Shown here: positions 21,127 to 30,650 of the stretch, piece after piece
Layout of the letters: each line of letters begins with the position of its first letter
How positions within the stretch are numbered: position 1 is the stretch's first letter
Virus record (IMG/VR): IMGVR_UViG_3300011116_000834
Span: 32,001-96,000 of that record
DNA from: a virus
Length of the DNA: 64,000 nt
Reading direction: 5' to 3' (one strand)
The notes under the pieces: generated by a model
What the model saw: only the letters and a program-made list of their open reading frames with translations
The model's database searches: none
What the model was told of the DNA's origin: nothing
Made by a program: the position numbers and the translations under genes

Positions 21127-24100
21127 ATGATATATGGGTCATCTCGCATCAAACAAACCATAACAGGAACAGTTCCTGGTGCTGTACAAGGTTCAACTGG
21201 ACATATAGGTCCAACTGGCAATACTGGTCCAACTGGTCCTACAGGACCTATAGGTGCCACAGGTGCAACAGGAAATGGAATCACTGGAGCAACTGGAATT
21301 TCCACGGGAATTACATTTTATGGTAATGGGTTATCCTTTTCATTTTTAAATTTAAAGGGATCTGCGGGATCTGCTAATGGTAGCGAATATTATCAAGTAA
21401 TTGGACTTGGCATCGATTCAGCACAAATATCAACAAATATAGTTTATGGAGATGTTATACAAGTTGGTGCTGGACAGACAGCGTATTTCAAGAGTATATC
21501 GATTTCAGGGCAAGCACCAATTCCAAATGTATCTCCGTTTGTTGGTGTTAGTACTGATAATATCTCGGTAGTTTACATTTATGGTGCTACGGTATCAGAT
21601 GCAAATATGCCATTGGGTAATACTGGCGAATTGCTTTATGTAAATAGCAATGCTGGATTTGGATTAGGAACATTAAAGGCATCATCAGCACCTAGTACCA
21701 ATTGGATTCCATCTCAAAGACAACTTATAATAGATCAAAAAGCATTTAGGGAAGCAATATTCTCTAATAAAAATTGGTCTACAGTTGGATCTGATCCATT
21801 CTTATATTATACAACTCCTGTTGATTTTTCATATTATGGAACTCTAACTGGAGAAACATATGGAACATCCAATCTAGAAAACAATATAACTCCAAATTTT
21901 ATATACTATTCTGGATCTGGGTTGGATTCTTATGGATTAGTCAATGATCCAAACACATATCAAGACATATCAATTGGTCAGACAATAGTCCTTGGGTTGA
22001 CTAGTGGCGCAACAATGGAAAGAATAGATTTCATTAGTGCCACTGGGATTACATTTTCAAATACATATCTCCCCCAGAATATAGTCAGAAGTGATATTGG
22101 TTCCTGTTGTTTCTGCAATATGATCGATAAACAAAGAGTGTGCGTGGATTATGTCTCATCTTCATTCTGTTCAGCTCTTTCTGGAACCTTTGATACCAAT
22201 TCATGCAATGATAGAACTAGTGGATCTGATTGCTTCACTGAAGGTGCTTGCTGCATATATGATATTGAAACTGGATCAACTAGATGCATCAATACTACAA
22301 GAGAAAAATGCTCAACATACAATGGATATTTCAATGAATCAAAACAATGCGATAATGTTTGGGTAAATGGACAACTATTTTCATGCCCAACCAGTTTCTG
22401 CAATATAGGAACACGACAACTTGGCAAATGTTGCGTCCAAGGCAATTGCTTTAACTTAACAAAAGCAGATTGTGCTTCCGTATTTGGTTCTGTATTCTTT
22501 GCTGGTCAGACCTGCACATCCCAGACTAGTGATGCATCATGCTGCGGAACATTAGATCTTCGAGGATCATGCTGCGTACAAGGTAATTGTGTTGGCAATG
22601 TCACAGCACAACAATGTTCAACAACATATAATGGTATATTCCAAGGATCTGGAACCAAGTGCACAGAAGTCAATTGTTGCGGTTATTCATTCTCGGATGA
22701 TTATTTCAAAGGATCTTGTGCAGATTCATGCAAGGCATATGGATCACAACAGATCTATTCTTGCCTGAATATAGGCGATAAGATTGGTGGTGGATATTTT
22801 GCGGGATTTGTCGGTATGCCAAATCCGTGCAATAATTTTTCAACTCCAAATCTTGCATATGGTGAACCATTGGAATGCATGATATTCCCCCGAGGAGAAC
22901 TTGCAAATGTGCCTACATGGTATCTAAAGACATGCAATGGTACCGATGGTACAAATAATGAAGGGTGTATTGATTATTTTGCACGAACATATCCAATAAC
23001 ACTTCCAAAGAATTCATTGGATTCGCGGTGTATGCTCAAGGCAGGAGTTCCATTTGTTCAGCAAGCATACGCACTTGATGGAATCACATGGCCTTCTGAA
23101 ATGATGTTTAGTGGTGGATATCAATATAGCAGAAATCGTGGTGCATTCTCATACTCATTAGTTGGTTCTGGTCTTGCTGTTGAATACTTAGATGGCACAG
23201 AAACCAATCTATATCGTTATCTTGCATCAAAGGTTTATGGAAATAATGACATTCAAATCTTATGGGCATTGATTATTGCTCCTGAAGATGTTGAATTGGG
23301 AAGCGGTGAAAGGTCCTTATCATGGGGCATGATGCAAGGATGTCATAATCCTGATTCTTCTGGAATTCCGCAACAATTGGTTATTGAAGAAATTCCAACA
23401 TATCCAACTGATGGATTATTAACTACAAGATTGCACGATTCATCTTCCAAAAACAATGCAGATTATTGGTTCAGGGGAACAACTGATTCAAATGCATATA
23501 ATAGATTTAATTTTGGAAATGGACCAGCATGGGATATTGGAACAGATAAGACTACTATAACCACAAATAAGACTGAATTTTTAACTGCTTACAGCAAGAT
23601 GTGGGATAAAAAGAATCCTTTGGATTCTGCACTTCGCCAGATCTCCAATATAAATGAGAATTCAACATATGGATATAATGATTGGTATATTCCAAGCATA
23701 ATTGAATTGAATTATATTCAAGCAAACTCTGCTACATTAAATGCAGCTTTGGCGGTAAATGGGGATCAGATAATTGGTGGTTATGAATATTGGTCATCCA
23801 CCAGTGTAAGTAGACTTGCATCATGGGATGCTACCGATCCTCTCAACAAAGATTTATATCGGTTGGAAAATATTAGTTCTCAAATTGAACCATATCTAAG
23901 CGATCATAGAATAACCAGCAGTGATTCATTTGGACTCACTGAAGATGAAGCATATAAATTTACGCTTGCTGTATCCAATGGTCAAAAAATGCTTACTCAG
24001 GTATTTAATTCATTGCAAAACGATCAAATTGGTAGAATGATTTCTAGAAGTAGAGATAGCAAGATTGCCAATCTTCGTCCAGTTAGAAGAATACCACTTG

Positions 24101-24213
24101 TGGTAACTTGCAATGGATTCTATTATAGCAATAGAATTCTAAATAATTATTGGAGTTCAGGTAGCACAGGATGTGCTTCTTGCCTGGATGTCGCGGAAGG
24201 AATGTGTTCGTGA
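21127..24213 (+). CDS. Cys-rich tail fibre-like protein, paralog of the upstream gene, with a DUF1566/Lcl-like domain
   Basis: GPT repeats; GSCC, GACC and GKCC modules; 'LNIGDKIGGGYFAG', 'GYNDWYIPSIIEL', 'YWSST', 'RPVRRI'. Confidence 0.62.
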   Translation: MIYGSSRIKQTITGTVPGAVQGSTGHIGPTGNTGPTGPTGPIGATGATGNGITGATGISTGITFYGNGLSFSFLNLKGSAGSANGSEYYQVIGLGIDSAQISTNIVYGDVIQVGAGQTAYFKSISISGQAPIPNVSPFVGVSTDNISVVYIYGATVSDANMPLGNTGELLYVNSNAGFGLGTLKASSAPSTNWIPSQRQLIIDQKAFREAIFSNKNWSTVGSDPFLYYTTPVDFSYYGTLTGETYGTSNLENNITPNFIYYSGSGLDSYGLVNDPNTYQDISIGQTIVLGLTSGATMERIDFISATGITFSNTYLPQNIVRSDIGSCCFCNMIDKQRVCVDYVSSSFCSALSGTFDTNSCNDRTSGSDCFTEGACCIYDIETGSTRCINTTREKCSTYNGYFNESKQCDNVWVNGQLFSCPTSFCNIGTRQLGKCCVQGNCFNLTKADCASVFGSVFFAGQTCTSQTSDASCCGTLDLRGSCCVQGNCVGNVTAQQCSTTYNGIFQGSGTKCTEVNCCGYSFSDDYFKGSCADSCKAYGSQQIYSCLNIGDKIGGGYFAGFVGMPNPCNNFSTPNLAYGEPLECMIFPRGELANVPTWYLKTCNGTDGTNNEGCIDYFARTYPITLPKNSLDSRCMLKAGVPFVQQAYALDGITWPSEMMFSGGYQYSRNRGAFSYSLVGSGLAVEYLDGTETNLYRYLASKVYGNNDIQILWALIIAPEDVELGSGERSLSWGMMQGCHNPDSSGIPQQLVIEEIPTYPTDGLLTTRLHDSSSKNNADYWFRGTTDSNAYNRFNFGNGPAWDIGTDKTTITTNKTEFLTAYSKMWDKKNPLDSALRQISNINENSTYGYNDWYIPSIIELNYIQANSATLNAALAVNGDQIIGGYEYWSSTSVSRLASWDATDPLNKDLYRLENISSQIEPYLSDHRITSSDSFGLTEDEAYKFTLAVSNGQKMLTQVFNSLQNDQIGRMISRSRDSKIANLRPVRRIPLVVTCNGFYYSNRILNNYWSSGSTGCASCLDVAEGMCS

Positions 24214-26762
24214 GTAGTAGCGCAATAATCAATTTTATTGTATCTGGTTTATCTGGAAATGATGGTGCTGCTGGTCCAACTGGACCCACAGGATCAACAG
24301 GATCGACTGGTCCAACTGGTCCAACTGGTCCTCTTGGACGATATTTTGTATCGTCTGTTGCATCAGGTAATTCATTGATTCTTACATTTTCCGATGGAAC
24401 AACTGCTTCATTAGTAGGAAGTTTCAAGGGAGCAACTACTGCTGATAAATCTGCTGGAATTGTTCGTGGAGGAAATACAGGAACAAATACAACCAATGGT
24501 GGATTGCTGTACAGTGTCTCTGGAGGAACATTTAGTTTTAAAGGTGTATGTGCTTATGGTTCTTTACGAGCATCTTTGACTGGTGCCAATTCAGAATATA
24601 TTTCAATCGATAGCATTTATTATGGCAAGGATGTTCTTGGAAATTATACACCCGCGACTCTTGTAGCGCGCGATCTATTGTATATTGGTGAAAAAACTAG
24701 TGCATATGGTGCAAATCTAAAACATAGAAGCGATATAGGATTTGCAGGTCTATGCGGTGCATTTGATTTTTCATACACACAATACAATGCGGGAGCAAGT
24801 GCAGATACCAGCACACATTTAAACGCTGGTTCCAAGATATATTCATATGGTCCATTACGCAGAGGAAGCGTGATTGATGGAAGCACTCTGGGAATTATTG
24901 TTGATGCACAAAAAGGTGGTGTATTCAATCTAAGAACACCAATTGGCATACAAGGAATAACAGGAAACTTCAAAGTAAATGAAGTTGCTTCGATCACTCT
25001 TGTCATTGATTCTGATAATGTCTGGCATTTCCCAGAAAACATATACTTTGGACCAGATGAAAATTATCTTTCTTGTGGTAAGAACATAATAGGTCTTCTT
25101 ACATATGATGGAGGAAAGACCTGGTTGGCAACCCCATCTCATCGTGGTCATGGAATAGAAAACATTGGAAGACAATGCATTCCTGGTGCTTTATATGGAT
25201 CATGTTGCTATACAAAAGCAGATGGCACGCTCAATTGCAAGGATTATACCACTTCCGAGGAATGTGATAAATTTTTTGGAACATTCCATGCAGCACAATC
25301 ATGTGAACAAACATGTGGCGATGTCAATAGTATTTGTTGTGCAAATGGAAATTGTATTTCTGGAGTATCAGTTACTGAATGTGAAAAATTCGGTGGCGAT
25401 TACTGGTCGAATGTAACATGCGATGATTATAATCCAAATGGTTCCAATATACCAGATCAGGTTCTTTATATCAGTCCAGAGGATGTAAAGGCACAAGGAA
25501 GATTCTGCTATGATCCTTGCGGTGAACCAACAGTATGCTGCAAAGATGGTAGATGTCTTGGCAACTACACTAGAATTCAATGTGAATTTTTTCTTGGTGG
25601 AAAATCCTTAACTGGTGCTAGCTGCAATGATGTTGATTGCTGCAACCATACTTCAATACCAGGAGCATGCTGTACCTGTACAACAAATCCAGATTCCACA
25701 ATTACTTCTTCGTGTGCATCCAACCTAACTTACACACAATGCAAGGAAACTGGTGGAGTATTCATGGGTCCAGGAAAACAATGTAATGAAGTAAGTTGTG
25801 GGTGTGTATGCAGTGGAAGCAGTGGCGGAACTCCAACAGATACAGGTGCATGTTGCAATGCATCTCTTGGCATATGCAATGATGGAGTGACTATAAATCA
25901 ATGCACTGCTGCTGGATTTATTTTCACACAAGGAGCAGCATGTTCTGATGTGTGTTCATCGTCTACTAATGGAATTTGCTGTAAAGATGGAACATGTCTT
26001 TCTACTGCAACAAATAGTGCTTCTTGCATTAGTGCTGGTGGCAATTGGTTGGGTCCAGTTCAATTTGCATATAATGGCACAGTTAAAAATTATGTTTTTG
26101 GTTCAAATGAAAACGATTGTGAACTATGTGCATTATCTAGACCATATTTTAGCATAATCGATCCTGGTAGTTGTTATCCAAATATAGAATTTGGAAGAAT
26201 TCCTACAGATATATCATTTATCGATGCAACCTATAGTTCCGATATACTTTATAGCGGGTTATTGAATATTTATGGTACTGTGTACACCAATACAAGAGAT
26301 CAACTGATTGAGATCTTAACATGTCCAAGTACTGATGCAATTGATGCTGCCATATATTCTGCGGCAACACTTATTTTTAATAATTCTGGGTGGTCTGTGG
26401 GAATGGGATGTCCAAAATCGTGCTGTCAATGCAATGGAGCAAGTGCTGTAAATTGCGGACCATATGGAACAGCAACATCACTTGATCAGATATGCAATAG
26501 TCAAGACTTGTGTTCACCTGGATATTTAGCAATTGCACCTGGAGAATCATGTGGTGGACTTGGGCAAGCTGGTGGTGGAGGAGGAGGCGGTGGTCATTCT
26601 CCATGCTCACCATCCTCATCGTGTGCGAATGAATATATTCCTCCGCCAAATTCTGGATTCCTTGATGCGTATGTGAAGAATGTAAAAGTAACCATAAATA
26701 ATGAAGTACTTTGTCTTCCAATTATTTGCGATGATTGCACTGGTTACGAATTCTGCGAGTAA
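24210..26762 (+). CDS. Cys-rich tail fibre-like protein with collagen-like N-terminus and about six CC modules
   Basis: Likely GTG start at 24210 (GTGA overlap with the upstream stop); GPTGSTG repeats; 'W.FP......LS....IIGLLTYDGGKTW' fibre domain; GSCC, SICC, TVCC, GACC (x2) and GICC modules; poly-Gly near the C-terminus. Confidence 0.6.
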   Translation: MSSSAIINFIVSGLSGNDGAAGPTGPTGSTGSTGPTGPTGPLGRYFVSSVASGNSLILTFSDGTTASLVGSFKGATTADKSAGIVRGGNTGTNTTNGGLLYSVSGGTFSFKGVCAYGSLRASLTGANSEYISIDSIYYGKDVLGNYTPATLVARDLLYIGEKTSAYGANLKHRSDIGFAGLCGAFDFSYTQYNAGASADTSTHLNAGSKIYSYGPLRRGSVIDGSTLGIIVDAQKGGVFNLRTPIGIQGITGNFKVNEVASITLVIDSDNVWHFPENIYFGPDENYLSCGKNIIGLLTYDGGKTWLATPSHRGHGIENIGRQCIPGALYGSCCYTKADGTLNCKDYTTSEECDKFFGTFHAAQSCEQTCGDVNSICCANGNCISGVSVTECEKFGGDYWSNVTCDDYNPNGSNIPDQVLYISPEDVKAQGRFCYDPCGEPTVCCKDGRCLGNYTRIQCEFFLGGKSLTGASCNDVDCCNHTSIPGACCTCTTNPDSTITSSCASNLTYTQCKETGGVFMGPGKQCNEVSCGCVCSGSSGGTPTDTGACCNASLGICNDGVTINQCTAAGFIFTQGAACSDVCSSSTNGICCKDGTCLSTATNSASCISAGGNWLGPVQFAYNGTVKNYVFGSNENDCELCALSRPYFSIIDPGSCYPNIEFGRIPTDISFIDATYSSDILYSGLLNIYGTVYTNTRDQLIEILTCPSTDAIDAAIYSAATLIFNNSGWSVGMGCPKSCCQCNGASAVNCGPYGTATSLDQICNSQDLCSPGYLAIAPGESCGGLGQAGGGGGGGGHSPCSPSSSCANEYIPPPNSGFLDAYVKNVKVTINNEVLCLPIICDDCTGYEFCE

Positions 26763-26765
26763 AAC

Positions 26766-28283
26766 ATGTCAATTCAATTTCGATCAAGAATCACTCCAGC
26801 AATAGATTATTCAACTATCTTGACAAACTATGGATGGTGTTGCAGCACTACGCAACCTGGTCTTCCAATTCAAAAAACTTATGTTGAATGCATCACTGAA
26901 GGTGGTTATTTCATGCAAGGAGCATCTGGTCAGCAAGTAGTATGTCCAGATGCCGATACGGAACTTGGATGCTGCTGTGCGTGTTCATATGTTGATCCAA
27001 ATGATTATGATCAAATCGAAGCATATCCTCCAACCACACCATATCTTTCATCAGGAACAAGAAGTCAAACAACTAGATGCGAATGCAATAGACTTGGTGG
27101 AATCTGGTCTCCAACAAGTGATGGAAATTGTGAAGCATTGACTTCTTCAAATTGGGAGACTTTTTGTGTAAGACCAGATGCAACAAATCCCACAGTAAAC
27201 ATAGATGTAAGATCTCCAAGATCGTGCTGTCATCTTGTATTCGATACAGTCACTGGATTCCCAACTGGTGTTTCTTGTAAGGATGTCTGCACTTCTGGCG
27301 ATTGTGCTTTACTTTCCACCGAAACATACCCATCAGTATTTGATTCGACAAAAAGATGTTCAGTTGCACTGAATTCTGCACATCAAAATACTGCAAATTG
27401 CGCTTCACCAACCAATCTTGCATTCCTTGCAAATGCTCCTATGTACCAGGATTTTGATATGGGATCTTGCTATACATTGGAGGATATCAATGGAACTCTT
27501 GAGTATACTTGTCAGATAACGCCACAATCACTCTGTTCTGGACATTGGATAATTCAACAAGATTCAGATAATGCATTTTGTCTAAATGCACTTCAACCAA
27601 CAAATCCAGTCAAATCAAATAATGTATATCAACCTCAGACCATGAATCTAGAAGATTTCAATGCACTAGGATTGACTGCTGGAGATGAATATCTGGGTGG
27701 AATATACATTGGTACTTTCAATTCTGGATTGGATGGAAGAAGTAGCATAGTCTATGGAAATCTTAGTTTTGGAACTCCAACTGAAACTAGATTTGTAAAT
27801 GATCAAAATGGTGGAACTGCGTCAACCTGGGCATTGATTGTAGATCCAACACCATATACAGTTTCATTCCTACTAAGTGATGAGATAGATGCAGACTGTG
27901 CAACATCATTATGGGATGGTTATTATAACATATACGGAAACGGATCACAGTTTGATGGTATAAAGACAGCACTTGCAACCACAATCAAATATACGGATAG
28001 AAATGCATTTATCGATTATTACCTTCCATCCATATATGAACTCCAATTCTATGCACACTATTTGAATAGAAACAATATAAAAACAATTGGAAATCTGATA
28101 TCTTCATCCATATTCAATACTAAATACCTGAATAACAGATCATCTAGAGCAAAGATAAATGGCAATTCGTTTGTATATGGATTGGGCATAAATGAAAATT
28201 ATAGTGTTAATTACAAGACATTACTAATTGATAAAAAGACTACAGAAACTGCTTTATTCTTTAGACGAATAATCCTTACTTAA
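26766..28283 (+). CDS. Cys-rich protein with a degenerate DUF1566/Lcl-like C-terminal domain
   Basis: GWCC, GCCC and RSCC modules; 'LTAGDEYLGGIYIG', 'WALIV', 'DYYLPSIYEL', 'FRRI'. Confidence 0.55.
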   Translation: MSIQFRSRITPAIDYSTILTNYGWCCSTTQPGLPIQKTYVECITEGGYFMQGASGQQVVCPDADTELGCCCACSYVDPNDYDQIEAYPPTTPYLSSGTRSQTTRCECNRLGGIWSPTSDGNCEALTSSNWETFCVRPDATNPTVNIDVRSPRSCCHLVFDTVTGFPTGVSCKDVCTSGDCALLSTETYPSVFDSTKRCSVALNSAHQNTANCASPTNLAFLANAPMYQDFDMGSCYTLEDINGTLEYTCQITPQSLCSGHWIIQQDSDNAFCLNALQPTNPVKSNNVYQPQTMNLEDFNALGLTAGDEYLGGIYIGTFNSGLDGRSSIVYGNLSFGTPTETRFVNDQNGGTASTWALIVDPTPYTVSFLLSDEIDADCATSLWDGYYNIYGNGSQFDGIKTALATTIKYTDRNAFIDYYLPSIYELQFYAHYLNRNNIKTIGNLISSSIFNTKYLNNRSSRAKINGNSFVYGLGINENYSVNYKTLLIDKKTTETALFFRRIILT

Positions 28284-28302
28284 TTTAAATTAGGAATTTA
28301 TT

Positions 28303-28872
28303 ATGGGTTGCAATTGCAATAAAAACAAAAAAAGTGAACCTCCTGCATCAGAACCAAAAGCATCACCAGCAGAGGCATCTCCTACAACCTTTAGAAAAGA
28401 AGAAATAGTCAAAGAAGGTGGTATCAAGGAAAAATTGACGATGATGCAAAGTTTTGCTTCTGCAATTACTTCCCGTGGATTTAATAATGAGAAAGTGACT
28501 ATTCCGATGAAGCAACTTCGAGTAATCAGTTGCTTTGGAAATAAGGATCAAGGTGGAGTTCTCCCACCATGCGAACATCTGAAGGAAAGCAGCACTCCAG
28601 GTAAGTTTTTCTGTGGTGGATGCGGATGTGGTGATCGAAAAGCAACTTGGTTAATTGCCGATGACACTGAGTATGGTAAATTGGATTACCCTCGCCTAAA
28701 CTGCCCTCTACAGATGCCTGGATTTTCCAATTATACTAAATCCAAACCAGATGAGGCAAATATGCCTATAACTAGAAGATATTATATCGAACAACTTCCG
28801 TATACGGAAATTGAAAAATTCAAGGTTTCCACGAATGAACCACCAGTGAACCCAACGAATCCAGAAAAATAA
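28303..28872 (+). CDS. Small Cys-cluster (probable metal-binding) protein
   Basis: MGCNCNK N-terminus; 'R...C....PPCEHL.....FCGGCGC....KL.YP.L.CP'. Confidence 0.5.
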   Translation: MGCNCNKNKKSEPPASEPKASPAEASPTTFRKEEIVKEGGIKEKLTMMQSFASAITSRGFNNEKVTIPMKQLRVISCFGNKDQGGVLPPCEHLKESSTPGKFFCGGCGCGDRKATWLIADDTEYGKLDYPRLNCPLQMPGFSNYTKSKPDEANMPITRRYYIEQLPYTEIEKFKVSTNEPPVNPTNPEK

Positions 28873-28875
28873 TAA

Positions 28876-28910
28876 AAAACTCTCCTTATAAATAACATAA
28901 GGAGAGTTTT
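28876..28910 (+). promoter_or_regulatory. Perfect 14-bp hairpin containing late promoter TATAAATA (28887-28894) and the gp13 Shine-Dalgarno
   Basis: aaaactctccttat-aaataac-ataaggagagtttt; ATG at 28914. Confidence 0.85.
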
Positions 28911-28913
28911 CAT

Positions 28914-29726
28914 ATGTCAATGTCTTCAGCAGCACCCAACTCACGACAAACACTCATCGATTATTGCCTTAGAACTCTAGGCGCACCAGTCATTGAAATA
29001 AATGTGGACCAGCAACAATGCCAAGACCGTTTGGATGAAGCATTGCAATATTTTGTTACGCGACATTTCGATGGTGTGCAGAAAGTCTATTTTAAATATC
29101 TTTTGAATTCTACGGATCTAGATCGTGGATTTATTCATACTGGAGATATAGGAACTCCTTCTGGAGATCCTGATGGACCCACAGGAAATGACATCGTCTC
29201 AGTGATCAAAGTTTTTAGATTTGGAACTCTTTCTGGTGTTAATATGTTTGATGTTAGATATCAACTGGCATTGACAGATTACTTCGGCATCAATCGTGGA
29301 TTGAATGGAAGTCAATCAACGCCTCTTGCTGGTTATCAAACAACCATGCAATATATTAGTCTTCTTGAACAATTCTTCAGTCCTGAAAAATCAATTAGAT
29401 TCAGTCAAGTGACTGACAAAATCTATGTTGATGCATTTTCTCAAGATATAGATCCAGGAAACTATCTTGTAATAGAAGCATATGCAATATTGGATCCCGA
29501 TCTTCACACAAAAATCTATAATGACCGAATGCTTAAGAAATATGTCACCGCTCTCATTAAAAGGCAATGGGGAGCAAATATGCTTAAATACGATGGTGTG
29601 CAACTTCCAGGTGGAATCACATTCAAAGGTCAACAAATATATGATCAGGCAAATCAAGAAATAGCACTGATAGAGCAAGAATTTGAACGAGCATATGAAC
29701 TTCCAATTGATTTCATGATCGGATAA
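28914..29726 (+). CDS. gp13: Neck protein gp13
   Basis: 'PNSRQTLIDYCLRTLGAPVIEINV', 'HFDG', 'TALIKRQWGAN..KY.G.QLPGGIT..G'. Confidence 0.95.
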   Translation: MSMSSAAPNSRQTLIDYCLRTLGAPVIEINVDQQQCQDRLDEALQYFVTRHFDGVQKVYFKYLLNSTDLDRGFIHTGDIGTPSGDPDGPTGNDIVSVIKVFRFGTLSGVNMFDVRYQLALTDYFGINRGLNGSQSTPLAGYQTTMQYISLLEQFFSPEKSIRFSQVTDKIYVDAFSQDIDPGNYLVIEAYAILDPDLHTKIYNDRMLKKYVTALIKRQWGANMLKYDGVQLPGGITFKGQQIYDQANQEIALIEQEFERAYELPIDFMIG

Positions 29727-29729
29727 TCC

Positions 29730-30650
29730 ATGGCAACAAATCCATACTTCAAAGAATATATCGGAGAACAAAATCTATTGGATAGTCTGGTCGTGGAAAC
29801 GATCAAGACCATGGGTCGTGACATGATCTATATTCCAAGAGAATACTACAATAAAGACATCATCTTTGGAGAGGATGTGACTTCTAAATTCAATACTGGA
29901 TATACGATTGAAATGTACATTCAGAATGTGACTTCATTTGGCGGACAGATGAATATTATCAATAAATTTGGTATTAACATAACCGATAGAATCACACTTC
30001 AGGTTGCAAAAACCAGATTTAATACCGAAGTGGTTGGAAAGACCAGTTTAAAAACACCAAGAGAAGGCGATTTAATTTATTTTCCATTTAATAAAAATTT
30101 ATTTGAAATAAATTATGTTGAAGACAAGATTCCCTTCTTCCAATTTGGGCAATTATACACATATACGCTCACCTGCGAACTGTTCACATATACACAAGAA
30201 ACCATCAATACTGGTATTAGTGAAATCGATGAGGTGGAAGAACTCAGAAAAAACAATATTCTTTCATTGACATTATCTGGATCTCCAGTCACTGGATCTA
30301 CAGTACTCAAGCGAGGCGAAAAGGTATATCAGGTAAATGGAGTAACTGGCACAACTGCATCATATGCAAATGCAACTGCTGAAGGTACTATAATTGAATA
30401 TACTGGAAATACCACATATCTCAAGGGAGCAAGTGGATCGTTCCACTATGGCAGTGCTGGTACTCAATCAATAAAGGGTGTGGAAAGCGGAACAGAATAT
30501 TATGTTCTTGGTGTTACATCTACAAATATCAATATATCAATTGACCCAATTTCTGGTGTTGATGAATTAGAAAATGATGTATATGGTGAAAAAGCAGACA
30601 CAGAGATTAATTTCTCTCGCGATAATCCATTTTCCGAGGAGTGTAATTAA
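29730..30650 (+). CDS. gp14: Neck protein gp14
   Basis: 'NPYF', 'EQNLLD.LV.E.I...G.D..YIPR', 'KFG', 'PREGDLIYFP', 'LFEI..VE...PFFQ.G', 'NPF'. Confidence 0.95.
   Translation: MATNPYFKEYIGEQNLLDSLVVETIKTMGRDMIYIPREYYNKDIIFGEDVTSKFNTGYTIEMYIQNVTSFGGQMNIINKFGINITDRITLQVAKTRFNTEVVGKTSLKTPREGDLIYFPFNKNLFEINYVEDKIPFFQFGQLYTYTLTCELFTYTQETINTGISEIDEVEELRKNNILSLTLSGSPVTGSTVLKRGEKVYQVNGVTGTTASYANATAEGTIIEYTGNTTYLKGASGSFHYGSAGTQSIKGVESGTEYYVLGVTSTNINISIDPISGVDELENDVYGEKADTEINFSRDNPFSEECN

Noticed and set aside
17288-28283. Diversity-generating retroelement targeting the Lcl-like domains
   Set aside because: No reverse transcriptase in the window and no near-identical repeat pair differing at adenines was seen; one elsewhere in the genome cannot be excluded.
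28303-28330. MGC N-terminus as a eukaryotic myristoylation/palmitoylation signal suggesting a giant virus
   Set aside because: The context is clearly a T4-like bacteriophage (gp13-gp23, gp55, SD sequences).
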